64,000 bases of DNA from an uncultured Pirellulaceae bacterium. GTDB taxonomy: Bacteria; Planctomycetota; Planctomycetia; Pirellulales; Pirellulaceae. The translations under genes and the position numbers were made by a program. The DNA is taken from positions 14,398 to 78,397 of the forward strand of contig CAZORS010000001.1 of NCBI GenBank assembly GCA_964582025.1. Direction: 5' to 3'. The notes below the pieces were generated by a model, which searched no databases, was not told the origin of the DNA, and saw only the letters and a list, made by a program, of their open reading frames with translations. Positions 9,924 to 18,669 of this stretch are shown here, piece after piece; position 1 is the stretch's first letter; each line of letters opens with the position of its first letter.

Positions 9924-10918
9924 GTGTTCCCGTCATCGCATTTTTTAACAATAAGGGCGGGGTTGGAAAAACGACGCTCGTTTATCATGTCGCGCACATG
10001 TTGGCCGACCTGGACTACCGCGTTGTGACCGCTGACCTTGACCCGCAAGGAAACCTTTCCGCTGCATTTTTGTCTGACAAGCGACTGGAAGAACTGTGGC
10101 CTGAAGATAAAAGCACTCCGACTATTTTCGGTGCGGTTGAGCCCATCAAGCGTGGAACAGGTGATATTCGAGAACCACTGCTCGAAGTGATCAACGACAA
10201 TCTTGTCTTGATCCCAGGGGACATGGCATTGTCCGATTTTGAGGACGACCTTTCCCAGGTATGGCCAAAGTGTTTGGATCGAGACGAACGGGCATTCCGT
10301 GTTATCACTGGATTTTGGAGAGTTCTTCAAGCTGGGGCTGAAGAACATGGCGCTGATGTAGTCCTGATCGACCTCGGGCCAAACCTAGGTGCAATTAACA
10401 GAGCCGCCCTGATCTCTGCTGACCACGTGGTCATGCCCCTAGGGCCAGACCTGTTTTCAATTCAAGGACTGAGAAACGTAGGGCCAAGGCTGCGGAAATG
10501 GCGTGAAGAATGGAAAGAGCGCATGCCAAAAAATCCGGCCGATGACATCGAATTACCCGAAGGCAATATGCAGCCACTGGGATACATCGTTATGCAGCAC
10601 AATGAACGCAAGAACAGACCGGTGAAGTCTTATCAAAGGTGGATATCGAGGATTCCAAGTGCCTATCGAACGCAAGTGCTTGACGCGGCGACTTCAAAAA
10701 AACGTGTTGTCGAGACTGACAGGAATTGTCTGGCAACATTGAAGCACTACCGCAGTTTGATGGCGATGGCACAAGAGGCCGGCAAACCTATCTTCCATCT
10801 AAAACCGGCCGATGGCGCACTTGGAGCTCACGTTGCCGCGGTTCGCAACGCCTACAAGGATTTCAAAAAACTCTCACTCGAGATCATGGAACGGGCTGGA
10901 ATCGAGGACGATGAGTAA
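9920..10918 (+). CDS. ParA/Soj-family ATPase (orphan)
   Basis: Deviant Walker A FNNKGGVGKTT, DLDPQGN, VLIDLGP; ATGA overlap with the upstream gene and TAATG overlap with pglX. Confidence 0.9.
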   Translation: MSVPVIAFFNNKGGVGKTTLVYHVAHMLADLDYRVVTADLDPQGNLSAAFLSDKRLEELWPEDKSTPTIFGAVEPIKRGTGDIREPLLEVINDNLVLIPGDMALSDFEDDLSQVWPKCLDRDERAFRVITGFWRVLQAGAEEHGADVVLIDLGPNLGAINRAALISADHVVMPLGPDLFSIQGLRNVGPRLRKWREEWKERMPKNPADDIELPEGNMQPLGYIVMQHNERKNRPVKSYQRWISRIPSAYRTQVLDAATSKKRVVETDRNCLATLKHYRSLMAMAQEAGKPIFHLKPADGALGAHVAAVRNAYKDFKKLSLEIMERAGIEDDE

Positions 10919-13900
10919 TGCAAACTAAAACTGATTCACAAAACGGCCCGCTGGATTCCAAGCTTCGTAAGCAGTTGGAGCGGATGGTCTTGGAGGCTCG
11001 CAAGGTCGCTACCGACGCTGCGCGGGAGAAACTGGAGTCGCTGACCGTCCATGAAGGGAAACGTGGTGGGCACATTACCAGCGATGAAGATATCGAGCTG
11101 CGAAATCGTCTGCGTGCTCATGCGCGTTTTCTTGGCGATCGCCAGAACTCTCAGTCTGGTGCGCAGAAGATTGATCGACTGGTGGAAGAGTGTGCCTATC
11201 AACATTGGCATCGAATGTTGTTCGCCCGGTTCCTGGTTGAGAACGAACTCTTGATTCAACCGGATTCGGGACAAGCAGTCTCGATGGAAGAGGTTGAGGA
11301 ACTGGCTCACGAGGACGGCATCGACGCGTGGGAATTGGCTGGCCAATACACACAGGCTCAGCTTCCGGCGATCTTTCCGGTCGACAATCCAGTGATGCAG
11401 CTCAAGCTCGCATCCGATTCAATGCTCAAGCTGACGGAGCTGCTGGAAGAGCCGGCATCCGATACCGCAAAGCTTGGTTTGCCTCAGACAGTTTTCATGG
11501 CCAGCGACAGTCTTGGATGGGTCTATCAGTTTTGGCAGGACGAAGAGAATACAAAAGCCAACAAGTCTGGCGACAAGATCGACAGTACGACGCTGCCTGC
11601 GGTGACTCAGTTCTTCACCGAAGACTACATGGTTTCATTTCTGATTGATAATACGCTGGGAGCCTGGCACGCTGGAAAAGTATTGTCCGAGCAGCCGTCA
11701 CTTGCAGACACAGCTGAAAGTGAAGACGAACTTCGCCGAGCGGTTCGTTTGGAGTCCGCCGGCGGATATGACTTTGAATACCTGCGTTTTGTGCGCGAAC
11801 CATCATCAAGCCAGCCGCAAGGCGATAGCTCCGATTCAAAGAACTCGGATTCTGATTCTGAACAGGTTGAGAACGACGGCCCATGGCGGCCGATGGGCGG
11901 GACGTTTGACGGCTGGCCTGTTGCAGCGGCTGAGCTAAAAGTGCTTGATCCATGTTGCGGAAGCGGTCATTTCCTGGTCGCTGCGCTTGAGTTGCTGGTT
12001 CGATTGCGAATGAGTGAAGAAGGACTTGGCCTACGAGAAGCAATTGACGCGGTCTTGGTCGACAACCTGTTCGGTTTGGAGTTGGACAAACGCTGTACGC
12101 AGATCGCCGTGTTCAATTTGGCTTTGGCAGCCTGGAAGCTTGACGGCAGCAACTACCGCAAATTGCCGTCGATGGCGATCGCTCATGTCGGCCAATCGGT
12201 GACGGTCAAACGTGATCAGTGGATGAAGGTGTTGGACGACGAAGCCGACGGGAACACCAAATTTTTCTTTGGTCAGCTGTACGACATGTTCAGTCAGGCT
12301 TCGACGCTTGGCAGTCTCATCAATCCTCGCCGTTTCCTGGGTAGCCATCAGCTAGATGAAGCCGGAATGGACAACGTGATCGAGCTACTTGAATCCGCTG
12401 TCGCCGCCGATCCCAACACCGAAGCTGAATCGCACGAACTTCAACTCGCCGCCAAAGGCTTGGCAACGGCGACGAAGTTGTTGTCGGATCAATATGATTT
12501 AGTGTTGACGAACGTGCCGTACTTGGGGAGGGGCAAGCAAGACAAAATCCTCCATGCTCACATTGACACTTACTACAAGCTCGGCAAGGCCGATCTTTCG
12601 ACTGCTTGCGTTCTTAGGTGTCTCGAATTTTGCAAAGATGATTGCGTAGCGTCAATTATTTCACCGCAGAACTGGTGGTTTCTTTCGAGCTATTCATCGC
12701 TACGTAAGTCGCTTTTGGAGAATCAAGACTTACAATTCGGCTCTACGTTGGGTGAAGAAGCGTGGCGGTCTTTTGGTGACCGTGGGCCTGTAACAACCCT
12801 TTCAGCAATCCGTAAATCGGAGCCGTCGAAGAGAAGCAGTATGTTTTCTGTCAACGCACTTCCTCTTCCGACAATTGAGGAGAAAGATGACGAACTGCGC
12901 AATGGCTCTGTCCGCGTAACATTGCAAGAAGACCTTTTGCAAAACCCAGATCACCGAATTACCGTTCACGATCCAGTCAAAGGCACGCTTCTGTCTGAGT
13001 ATGCTGATTCACTCCAAGGTGTTTCGCCGGCTGACTTCCCCCATTACGGACGCAATTTTTGGGAAGTCTGTTTGGCAGATCCTTGGCAGCTTTGGCAATC
13101 GGCAGTTGAATCAACAAAACCTTTTGGTGGCCGTTCTCGTGTGATTTGGTGGAATGAGGATTTTCTTCACGCAGTTGATTCCGGCGTTGCCTATGTCAGG
13201 GGCCGTTCCGCCTGGAAGAAGCTTGGTGTTGCTATTCGTCAAATGCGAGATCTTCCCGCCACAATTTACACAGGAGAAGTTTTCGATACGAATACTGCGA
13301 TCCTAGTCCCCAAAACTCCGCAGTACCTTTCTGCGATTTGGGCGTTCGCCGAGTCTGGGGAGCTGGCCGCTGCCGTACGCAAGATCGACAAGAAAAAGAA
13401 TGTAACCAACGGTAGTTTTGTAAAGATCGGATTTGATCTTTCAAAATGGGAGAAGCGCGCGGCGGCCCAATTTCCTAATGGCTTGCCAAGTCCCGAGAGT
13501 GACGATCCAACGCAATGGTTATTTCACGGATGGCCTTCGGAATCATCGCAACCGCTTCACGTCGCAGTAGCAAGGTTGCTTGGCTACCGCTGGCCTGCAG
13601 AACTTGATTCGGAGATGCGGCTCAGCGACCGCGCACGCGACTTGGTCGCGAGGTGTAGCGAACTAGATTCATTCACCGACGAAGACGGAATCGTCTGCAT
13701 CCCATCACTTCGCGGCGAAGACACGGCCGCCGATCGACTTGGCCCACTTCTTAGTGCTTGTGGCGTTTCAACGGACGAAGACCTGGACGATTGGTTTCGC
13801 AACAGATTCTTCAAAGAGCATTGCGAACTGTTCGATCAACGTCCTTTTATTTGGCACATCTGGGACGGACGCAAGCGCGACGGATTTCATGCTTTGGTCA

Positions 13901-14433
13901 ACTATCACAAACTTGCTGGCCCAGGTGGTCACAAAGTCCTGGAGCGACTGACTTACAGCTACCTCGGTGACTGGATCGAACGACAAGAAGACGAAGTCAA
14001 CCGAGAAATCAGTGGCGCTGAATTGCGATTGCAAGCCGCCAACGAACTCAAGCAACGCCTAGAAGCTATCCTCGCTGGTGAACCGCCGTACGACATTTTC
14101 GTTCGATGGAAACCAATTTACAAACAAGCGATTGGCTGGAACCCTGACATCAACGATGGTGTCCGCATCAACCTCCGTCCCCTGATGCAAAACACAATAG
14201 ATGGCGGACTGAAGGGCTCCGGAATCCTGCGCGTCAAACCCAAAAAAACCGGTTGGGGGGCGGACAAAGGCAAAGAACCCAAGCGTCCGTTTGAGGAGTA
14301 TCCCTGGTTCTGGAGCTGGGATGAGCAAACCGAAGACTTCACAGGCGGCGATAAATTCGACGGCCTCCGCTGGAATGACCTTCACTACACAAACGAGTTC
14401 AAGCAGAAGGCGCGTGAAGAAGTCGGCGACTAA
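10918..14433 (+). CDS. pglX: BREX N6-adenine DNA methyltransferase PglX (BrxX)
   Basis: 1171 aa; TQFFTEDYMV, motif I LDPCCGSGHFL, motif IV variant TNVPY, C-terminal GWNPDINDGVRINLRP. Confidence 0.9.
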   Translation: MQTKTDSQNGPLDSKLRKQLERMVLEARKVATDAAREKLESLTVHEGKRGGHITSDEDIELRNRLRAHARFLGDRQNSQSGAQKIDRLVEECAYQHWHRMLFARFLVENELLIQPDSGQAVSMEEVEELAHEDGIDAWELAGQYTQAQLPAIFPVDNPVMQLKLASDSMLKLTELLEEPASDTAKLGLPQTVFMASDSLGWVYQFWQDEENTKANKSGDKIDSTTLPAVTQFFTEDYMVSFLIDNTLGAWHAGKVLSEQPSLADTAESEDELRRAVRLESAGGYDFEYLRFVREPSSSQPQGDSSDSKNSDSDSEQVENDGPWRPMGGTFDGWPVAAAELKVLDPCCGSGHFLVAALELLVRLRMSEEGLGLREAIDAVLVDNLFGLELDKRCTQIAVFNLALAAWKLDGSNYRKLPSMAIAHVGQSVTVKRDQWMKVLDDEADGNTKFFFGQLYDMFSQASTLGSLINPRRFLGSHQLDEAGMDNVIELLESAVAADPNTEAESHELQLAAKGLATATKLLSDQYDLVLTNVPYLGRGKQDKILHAHIDTYYKLGKADLSTACVLRCLEFCKDDCVASIISPQNWWFLSSYSSLRKSLLENQDLQFGSTLGEEAWRSFGDRGPVTTLSAIRKSEPSKRSSMFSVNALPLPTIEEKDDELRNGSVRVTLQEDLLQNPDHRITVHDPVKGTLLSEYADSLQGVSPADFPHYGRNFWEVCLADPWQLWQSAVESTKPFGGRSRVIWWNEDFLHAVDSGVAYVRGRSAWKKLGVAIRQMRDLPATIYTGEVFDTNTAILVPKTPQYLSAIWAFAESGELAAAVRKIDKKKNVTNGSFVKIGFDLSKWEKRAAAQFPNGLPSPESDDPTQWLFHGWPSESSQPLHVAVARLLGYRWPAELDSEMRLSDRARDLVARCSELDSFTDEDGIVCIPSLRGEDTAADRLGPLLSACGVSTDEDLDDWFRNRFFKEHCELFDQRPFIWHIWDGRKRDGFHALVNYHKLAGPGGHKVLERLTYSYLGDWIERQEDEVNREISGAELRLQAANELKQRLEAILAGEPPYDIFVRWKPIYKQAIGWNPDINDGVRINLRPLMQNTIDGGLKGSGILRVKPKKTGWGADKGKEPKRPFEEYPWFWSWDEQTEDFTGGDKFDGLRWNDLHYTNEFKQKAREEVGD

Positions 14434-14558
14434 AACATTGGGAAATCAAAGGTTAAATGGATGTCGACGAAACAGATTTCGTGAACATCAGAGCGAATTA
14501 GGGCGTCAGTTATCGCAATGAAAAATTGTAAGCAATCACAGTAAACAGGAATAAACAA

Positions 14559-17360
14559 ATGGAAACAATTAACGGAAGCCGGTGGTGGAAGTTCGACTTC
14601 CATACGCATACACCGTTCTCAACCGATACGATCTGGCATGGATTGACGGGGGACGAAGTCTTACGGCCAGAAAATTGGCTGCGGAAATACATGGAAGCTG
14701 AAATTGATTGCGTTGCAGTTACCGATCACAACGGCGGCGGCTGGATCGACACTCTCAAAAGCGAGTACCACAAACTGCAGAACGAACAGCCGGACTGGTT
14801 CCGCGAGCTGTACCTGTTTCCCGGAGTCGAGATTTCAGTCAATTCTGGTATTCACATCCTTGGCTTGTTCGGCCCGAGTGCGACAACTGAGACGATTCAT
14901 GATCTGTTGGCCAAATGTGACTTCAGCGGCACCAAAGGTGATCCTGAAATCCGTACCGATAAATCCCCGATTGAAGTTGCTCGGGAAATTCGAGCAAGCG
15001 GCGGGCTTTGTATTCCAGCCCATATCGACACGGTCAAAGGACTGTTTGAGACAGACGAAGAGGGAGAGCTGCAAGGCGATTCCGTAACGAAACGCCAGTT
15101 GATGGAAGAAGGCGTGATTGATGCGGTCGAGATTGTCGACCCGAACTGGAGTCCGCCCGGGTTGTGGACTGACATCGACCCACAACTGGCTCAGGTCGTG
15201 GGTACTGACTGTCACAATTTCCAAAGTGGCGTCCTTCCTGGGGATCGTTTTACTTGGGTGAAGATGGGTGAGCCATGTTTTGACGGGTTAAGGCTGGCAT
15301 TAAATGATGGCAGCGGTTTGTCCGTCATGCGAGGTGAAACGGAAGCTGACCCAAATCAATTGCCGTCCATGGTGATTGAATCGGTCGCGGTAAAAGATTT
15401 GAAGACCATGGGCCGTGGCAACAGTGCGATGTTGGCCAAATTTTCGCCTTGGCTGACAGGCCTGATTGGAGGAAGGGGCTCAGGTAAGTCAACGCTGATC
15501 GACGGCGTCCGGCTTGCCTTTGAAAGAGGACAAGACCTCCCTGATGAAATGCGGCCAGATTTTGAGGAATTCAATCGAACCGCTCCGTCGAAAAGAGAAC
15601 GTGGAATGATGCTAGAGGGTTCTTCTATTCAAGCAATCGTCAAAAAGCCAACGGGCAAATTTCGATTGACATGGACGTATGAATCTCAGCAAGTTGATGT
15701 CGAATCCTGGCAGGACGGACAGTGGGTTTCCGATACGGGGGATGTAAGGCAGCGGTTTCCGATCCGCGTGCTTTCGCAAAAGGAGGTCTTTGAGATCGCC
15801 CGTGATCCGTTGGCACTGACGCAGCTGATTGACCAATCGCCTGACTTGAAACTCAACGACTGGCGTGAGCAATTGCGACAACTAGAGGCAACGTTCAAGC
15901 GATTGAGAAATGAACGTCGTGAACTTGAAACACAAGTTGAACCGAAAAAGCGTTTGCTTGGAGAGTTGAGTGACGTCAAGGCTGGGATCGAGTTGTTTGA
16001 GCGAGGTGATAATCGACAAACCTTGCAAGACTATCAACGGCGCCAGCGACAATCGCAGATTCTTAACGGCCAACGGGACGAGCTGGAAGAAGTCGCACAT
16101 GAAATCACCAAAATCTCTGGAGCGATTGCGCCGAGTGACTTCGATCGCGGGTTGTTTGACGAGGATGTACAAAGCGACAAGGCCGCGTTGGATTATGTCA
16201 AAGAGCTACAGGACAAGCAGGTCGATGTAGCGGGCCGGCTGAGTGCCATTGCGGGCGAGATCAGTGAATTCTTGGTGACGACGGATCAGAGTTTGGCGAC
16301 TTCGGAGTGGACACGCTTAAAGGAAGTTGTTGAGGGAAAGTACGTCACCGTTGTCGAAGCGCTGACAGCAGCCGGAGTTGATGCCCCTTCCAAATACGGC
16401 AAATTGGTACAGAAACGTGCGGTCGTTGAGAAGGAGCTAACGTCGATTTCAGACGCGGAAACTCGGTTGGCCAATTTGGCTCAACAGTGCGAGGAAACCG
16501 CAGTGAAAATTCATGAGCATAGAAAGGATCGTGCTGTCCGCCGTGCCGAATTTTTGAATGGAGTTTTGGAAGACAATCGTTTCGTTCGTGCCACCGTAAT
16601 TCCCTATGGCGATTCCGCTAAAGACTGCGAGGTCGCCTTCCGAAATTCGATCGAATGTGCCGATCGGTTTGACCGGGATATTTACGATGAGGAACAGGAA
16701 ACAGGCATTCTTGCAAGTCTCTATGATGCCTTACCAGGTGGCGATACAGAACGCTCGACTGAATTTACCGATCGCCTACTGCAGTTGAAGAAAGACCTTG
16801 AGAAGATGGCTTTGACGGGACAGGCAACTGCAGACCGGACTCAGCCTTTTGCCAACCGGCTCAACAGAATGAGTCCAGACCAACTGGATAATACTTGGTT
16901 GTGGGCCCCAGACGATGTGTTGCGTGTCGAATACTGTCACGATCAAAAGAGAAACCTTTGGCGTCCGATTGAGCAAGGGTCGCCGGGACAGAAGACGGCA
17001 GCGATCTTGGCGTTTTTGCTTTCAAACGGGGAGACTCCAATCTTGTTGGATCAGCCCGAAGACGACCTTGACAATCACTTGATTTATGACCTGATTGTCC
17101 AGCAGATTCGCGAGAAGAAACGAACGCGTCAAATCATTGTTGCGACCCACAACCCAAACATTGTGGTCAACGGCGATGCCGAAATGGTAATCGCAATGAA
17201 TGCCCGTTCTGGGCAGTGCCAGATTGATCCTGAATGCACCGGGAGCTTGCAGAGCCCGAAAGTTCGCGAAGAAGTTTGCGATGTTATGGAGGGCGGTCAA
17301 CTGGCTTTCGAGAAACGCTATCGCAGGATCATGCTCTCGAAACTAAAAGGAGCGAACTAG
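14559..17360 (+). CDS. PHP phosphoesterase plus SMC/ABC-type ATPase fusion (TrlF / Ppl-like)
   Basis: PHP motifs DFHTHT, VTDHN, GVEI, PAHID, GTDCH; Walker A GGRGSGKST; coiled coil; signature SPGQK; LLDQPEDDLD; ATHN. Confidence 0.88.
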   Translation: METINGSRWWKFDFHTHTPFSTDTIWHGLTGDEVLRPENWLRKYMEAEIDCVAVTDHNGGGWIDTLKSEYHKLQNEQPDWFRELYLFPGVEISVNSGIHILGLFGPSATTETIHDLLAKCDFSGTKGDPEIRTDKSPIEVAREIRASGGLCIPAHIDTVKGLFETDEEGELQGDSVTKRQLMEEGVIDAVEIVDPNWSPPGLWTDIDPQLAQVVGTDCHNFQSGVLPGDRFTWVKMGEPCFDGLRLALNDGSGLSVMRGETEADPNQLPSMVIESVAVKDLKTMGRGNSAMLAKFSPWLTGLIGGRGSGKSTLIDGVRLAFERGQDLPDEMRPDFEEFNRTAPSKRERGMMLEGSSIQAIVKKPTGKFRLTWTYESQQVDVESWQDGQWVSDTGDVRQRFPIRVLSQKEVFEIARDPLALTQLIDQSPDLKLNDWREQLRQLEATFKRLRNERRELETQVEPKKRLLGELSDVKAGIELFERGDNRQTLQDYQRRQRQSQILNGQRDELEEVAHEITKISGAIAPSDFDRGLFDEDVQSDKAALDYVKELQDKQVDVAGRLSAIAGEISEFLVTTDQSLATSEWTRLKEVVEGKYVTVVEALTAAGVDAPSKYGKLVQKRAVVEKELTSISDAETRLANLAQQCEETAVKIHEHRKDRAVRRAEFLNGVLEDNRFVRATVIPYGDSAKDCEVAFRNSIECADRFDRDIYDEEQETGILASLYDALPGGDTERSTEFTDRLLQLKKDLEKMALTGQATADRTQPFANRLNRMSPDQLDNTWLWAPDDVLRVEYCHDQKRNLWRPIEQGSPGQKTAAILAFLLSNGETPILLDQPEDDLDNHLIYDLIVQQIREKKRTRQIIVATHNPNIVVNGDAEMVIAMNARSGQCQIDPECTGSLQSPKVREEVCDVMEGGQLAFEKRYRRIMLSKLKGAN

Positions 17361-17361
17361 T

Positions 17362-18669
17362 ATGTATGAAACTTCTCGTGCTTTACTTGATGCGATTGAG
17401 TTGGGCGAAGACAGTCGGCTAGAGCTGAAGGCGGTTACGTTTTCCGGATCCAAATGGAAAGGGCCCAGTCGCGATGACCTTGCTGCTGAGATTGCCGCCA
17501 TGGCGAACGCCATAGGTGGGCTGATTCTGCTGGGTGTCGATGACAAGACGAAGGATATTCTGGGCATCGGACTGGATAATCTCGATGCCGCTGAAACCGT
17601 CATACGTGAACTACTAAATGATGTGCTTGAGCCGCCGCTAATTGCGAGTGTCCGAAAGTTGAAGCTGCCGGATTCTGCAGGTGATGAGCAACCAGTGATT
17701 CGGGTCGATATTGCGGCGAGTTTGTTCGTTCATCGTTGTCGAGGCCGCTACTGGGTTCGAGTTGGTAGTAGCAAACGTGAAATGACGCCTGATTATCTCG
17801 CGAGGCTAATGCAGCAACGGAGTCAGGCAAGGCTGATCCGATTTGATGAGCAAGTAGTTCCGGGCACAACTTCCAGTTCGCTATCGAAACCGCTCGTCGA
17901 TCGTTATCGCTCAGAGTATTCAGACGCTGATGAAGAAGTGTTTGCTTCCAAGTTGGCGATGCTGGTTCAAGACGAATCTGGAGTTTATCGGGCAACAGTA
18001 ACAGGTCTATTGATGGGCGCTGAAAACCCACAAGAACTTCTCCCGCACGCGTATGTCCAGGCGGTTGCGTATCGTGGCACTTTGGAAAAAGCGTTTGACG
18101 ACTTGGAAAATTACCAGCGTGACGCGAGTGATTTGGGGGGAACTCTTGACCAGCAAGTTGTCGCGGCGTGCGAGTTCGTCAATAAAAACATGACGATCGC
18201 AGCTTCAAAGGCTGCAGGGCGTTCTGATTTACCGCAGTACGACCTAACAGCGATTTTTGAAGCGGTTGTCAACGCGGTGGCGCACCGCGACTACGCAATG
18301 CACGGTTCCAAGATCCGCTTGCGAATGTTCTTCGATTGCTTGCAATTGCATATTCCAGGTGATTTGGCGAACTCAATGGATGTTGATGCTTTACCCGTTA
18401 GGCAGGCAACCAGAAACGAAGCATTGACCAGTTTACTATCGAAAACTCCGGTCGACATTTCGATTGGTCGGCTGGATTCTCCTCGGACTCACATGATGGA
18501 TCGCCGAGGCGAAGGAGTGAATCTAATTTTGCGTCGAAGTGAAACGCTCTCGGGAAAACGACCGATTTACAAGGCAGTGGAAGGTGAGTTGATTCTAACT
18601 GTCTTCGCTGCCAATCCCGAAGTCGCCAACGTACCGAATCAAACGCAGGACAAGGAAGAGAATCAATGA
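17362..18669 (+). CDS. Schlafen/AlbA_2 domain plus HATPase_c_4 protein, copy 2
   Basis: GEDSRLELK, IAAMANAIGG..LLGVDD, EAVVNAVAHRDY, RGEGV; ATGA overlap with pglZ. Confidence 0.85.
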   Translation: MYETSRALLDAIELGEDSRLELKAVTFSGSKWKGPSRDDLAAEIAAMANAIGGLILLGVDDKTKDILGIGLDNLDAAETVIRELLNDVLEPPLIASVRKLKLPDSAGDEQPVIRVDIAASLFVHRCRGRYWVRVGSSKREMTPDYLARLMQQRSQARLIRFDEQVVPGTTSSSLSKPLVDRYRSEYSDADEEVFASKLAMLVQDESGVYRATVTGLLMGAENPQELLPHAYVQAVAYRGTLEKAFDDLENYQRDASDLGGTLDQQVVAACEFVNKNMTIAASKAAGRSDLPQYDLTAIFEAVVNAVAHRDYAMHGSKIRLRMFFDCLQLHIPGDLANSMDVDALPVRQATRNEALTSLLSKTPVDISIGRLDSPRTHMMDRRGEGVNLILRRSETLSGKRPIYKAVEGELILTVFAANPEVANVPNQTQDKEENQ

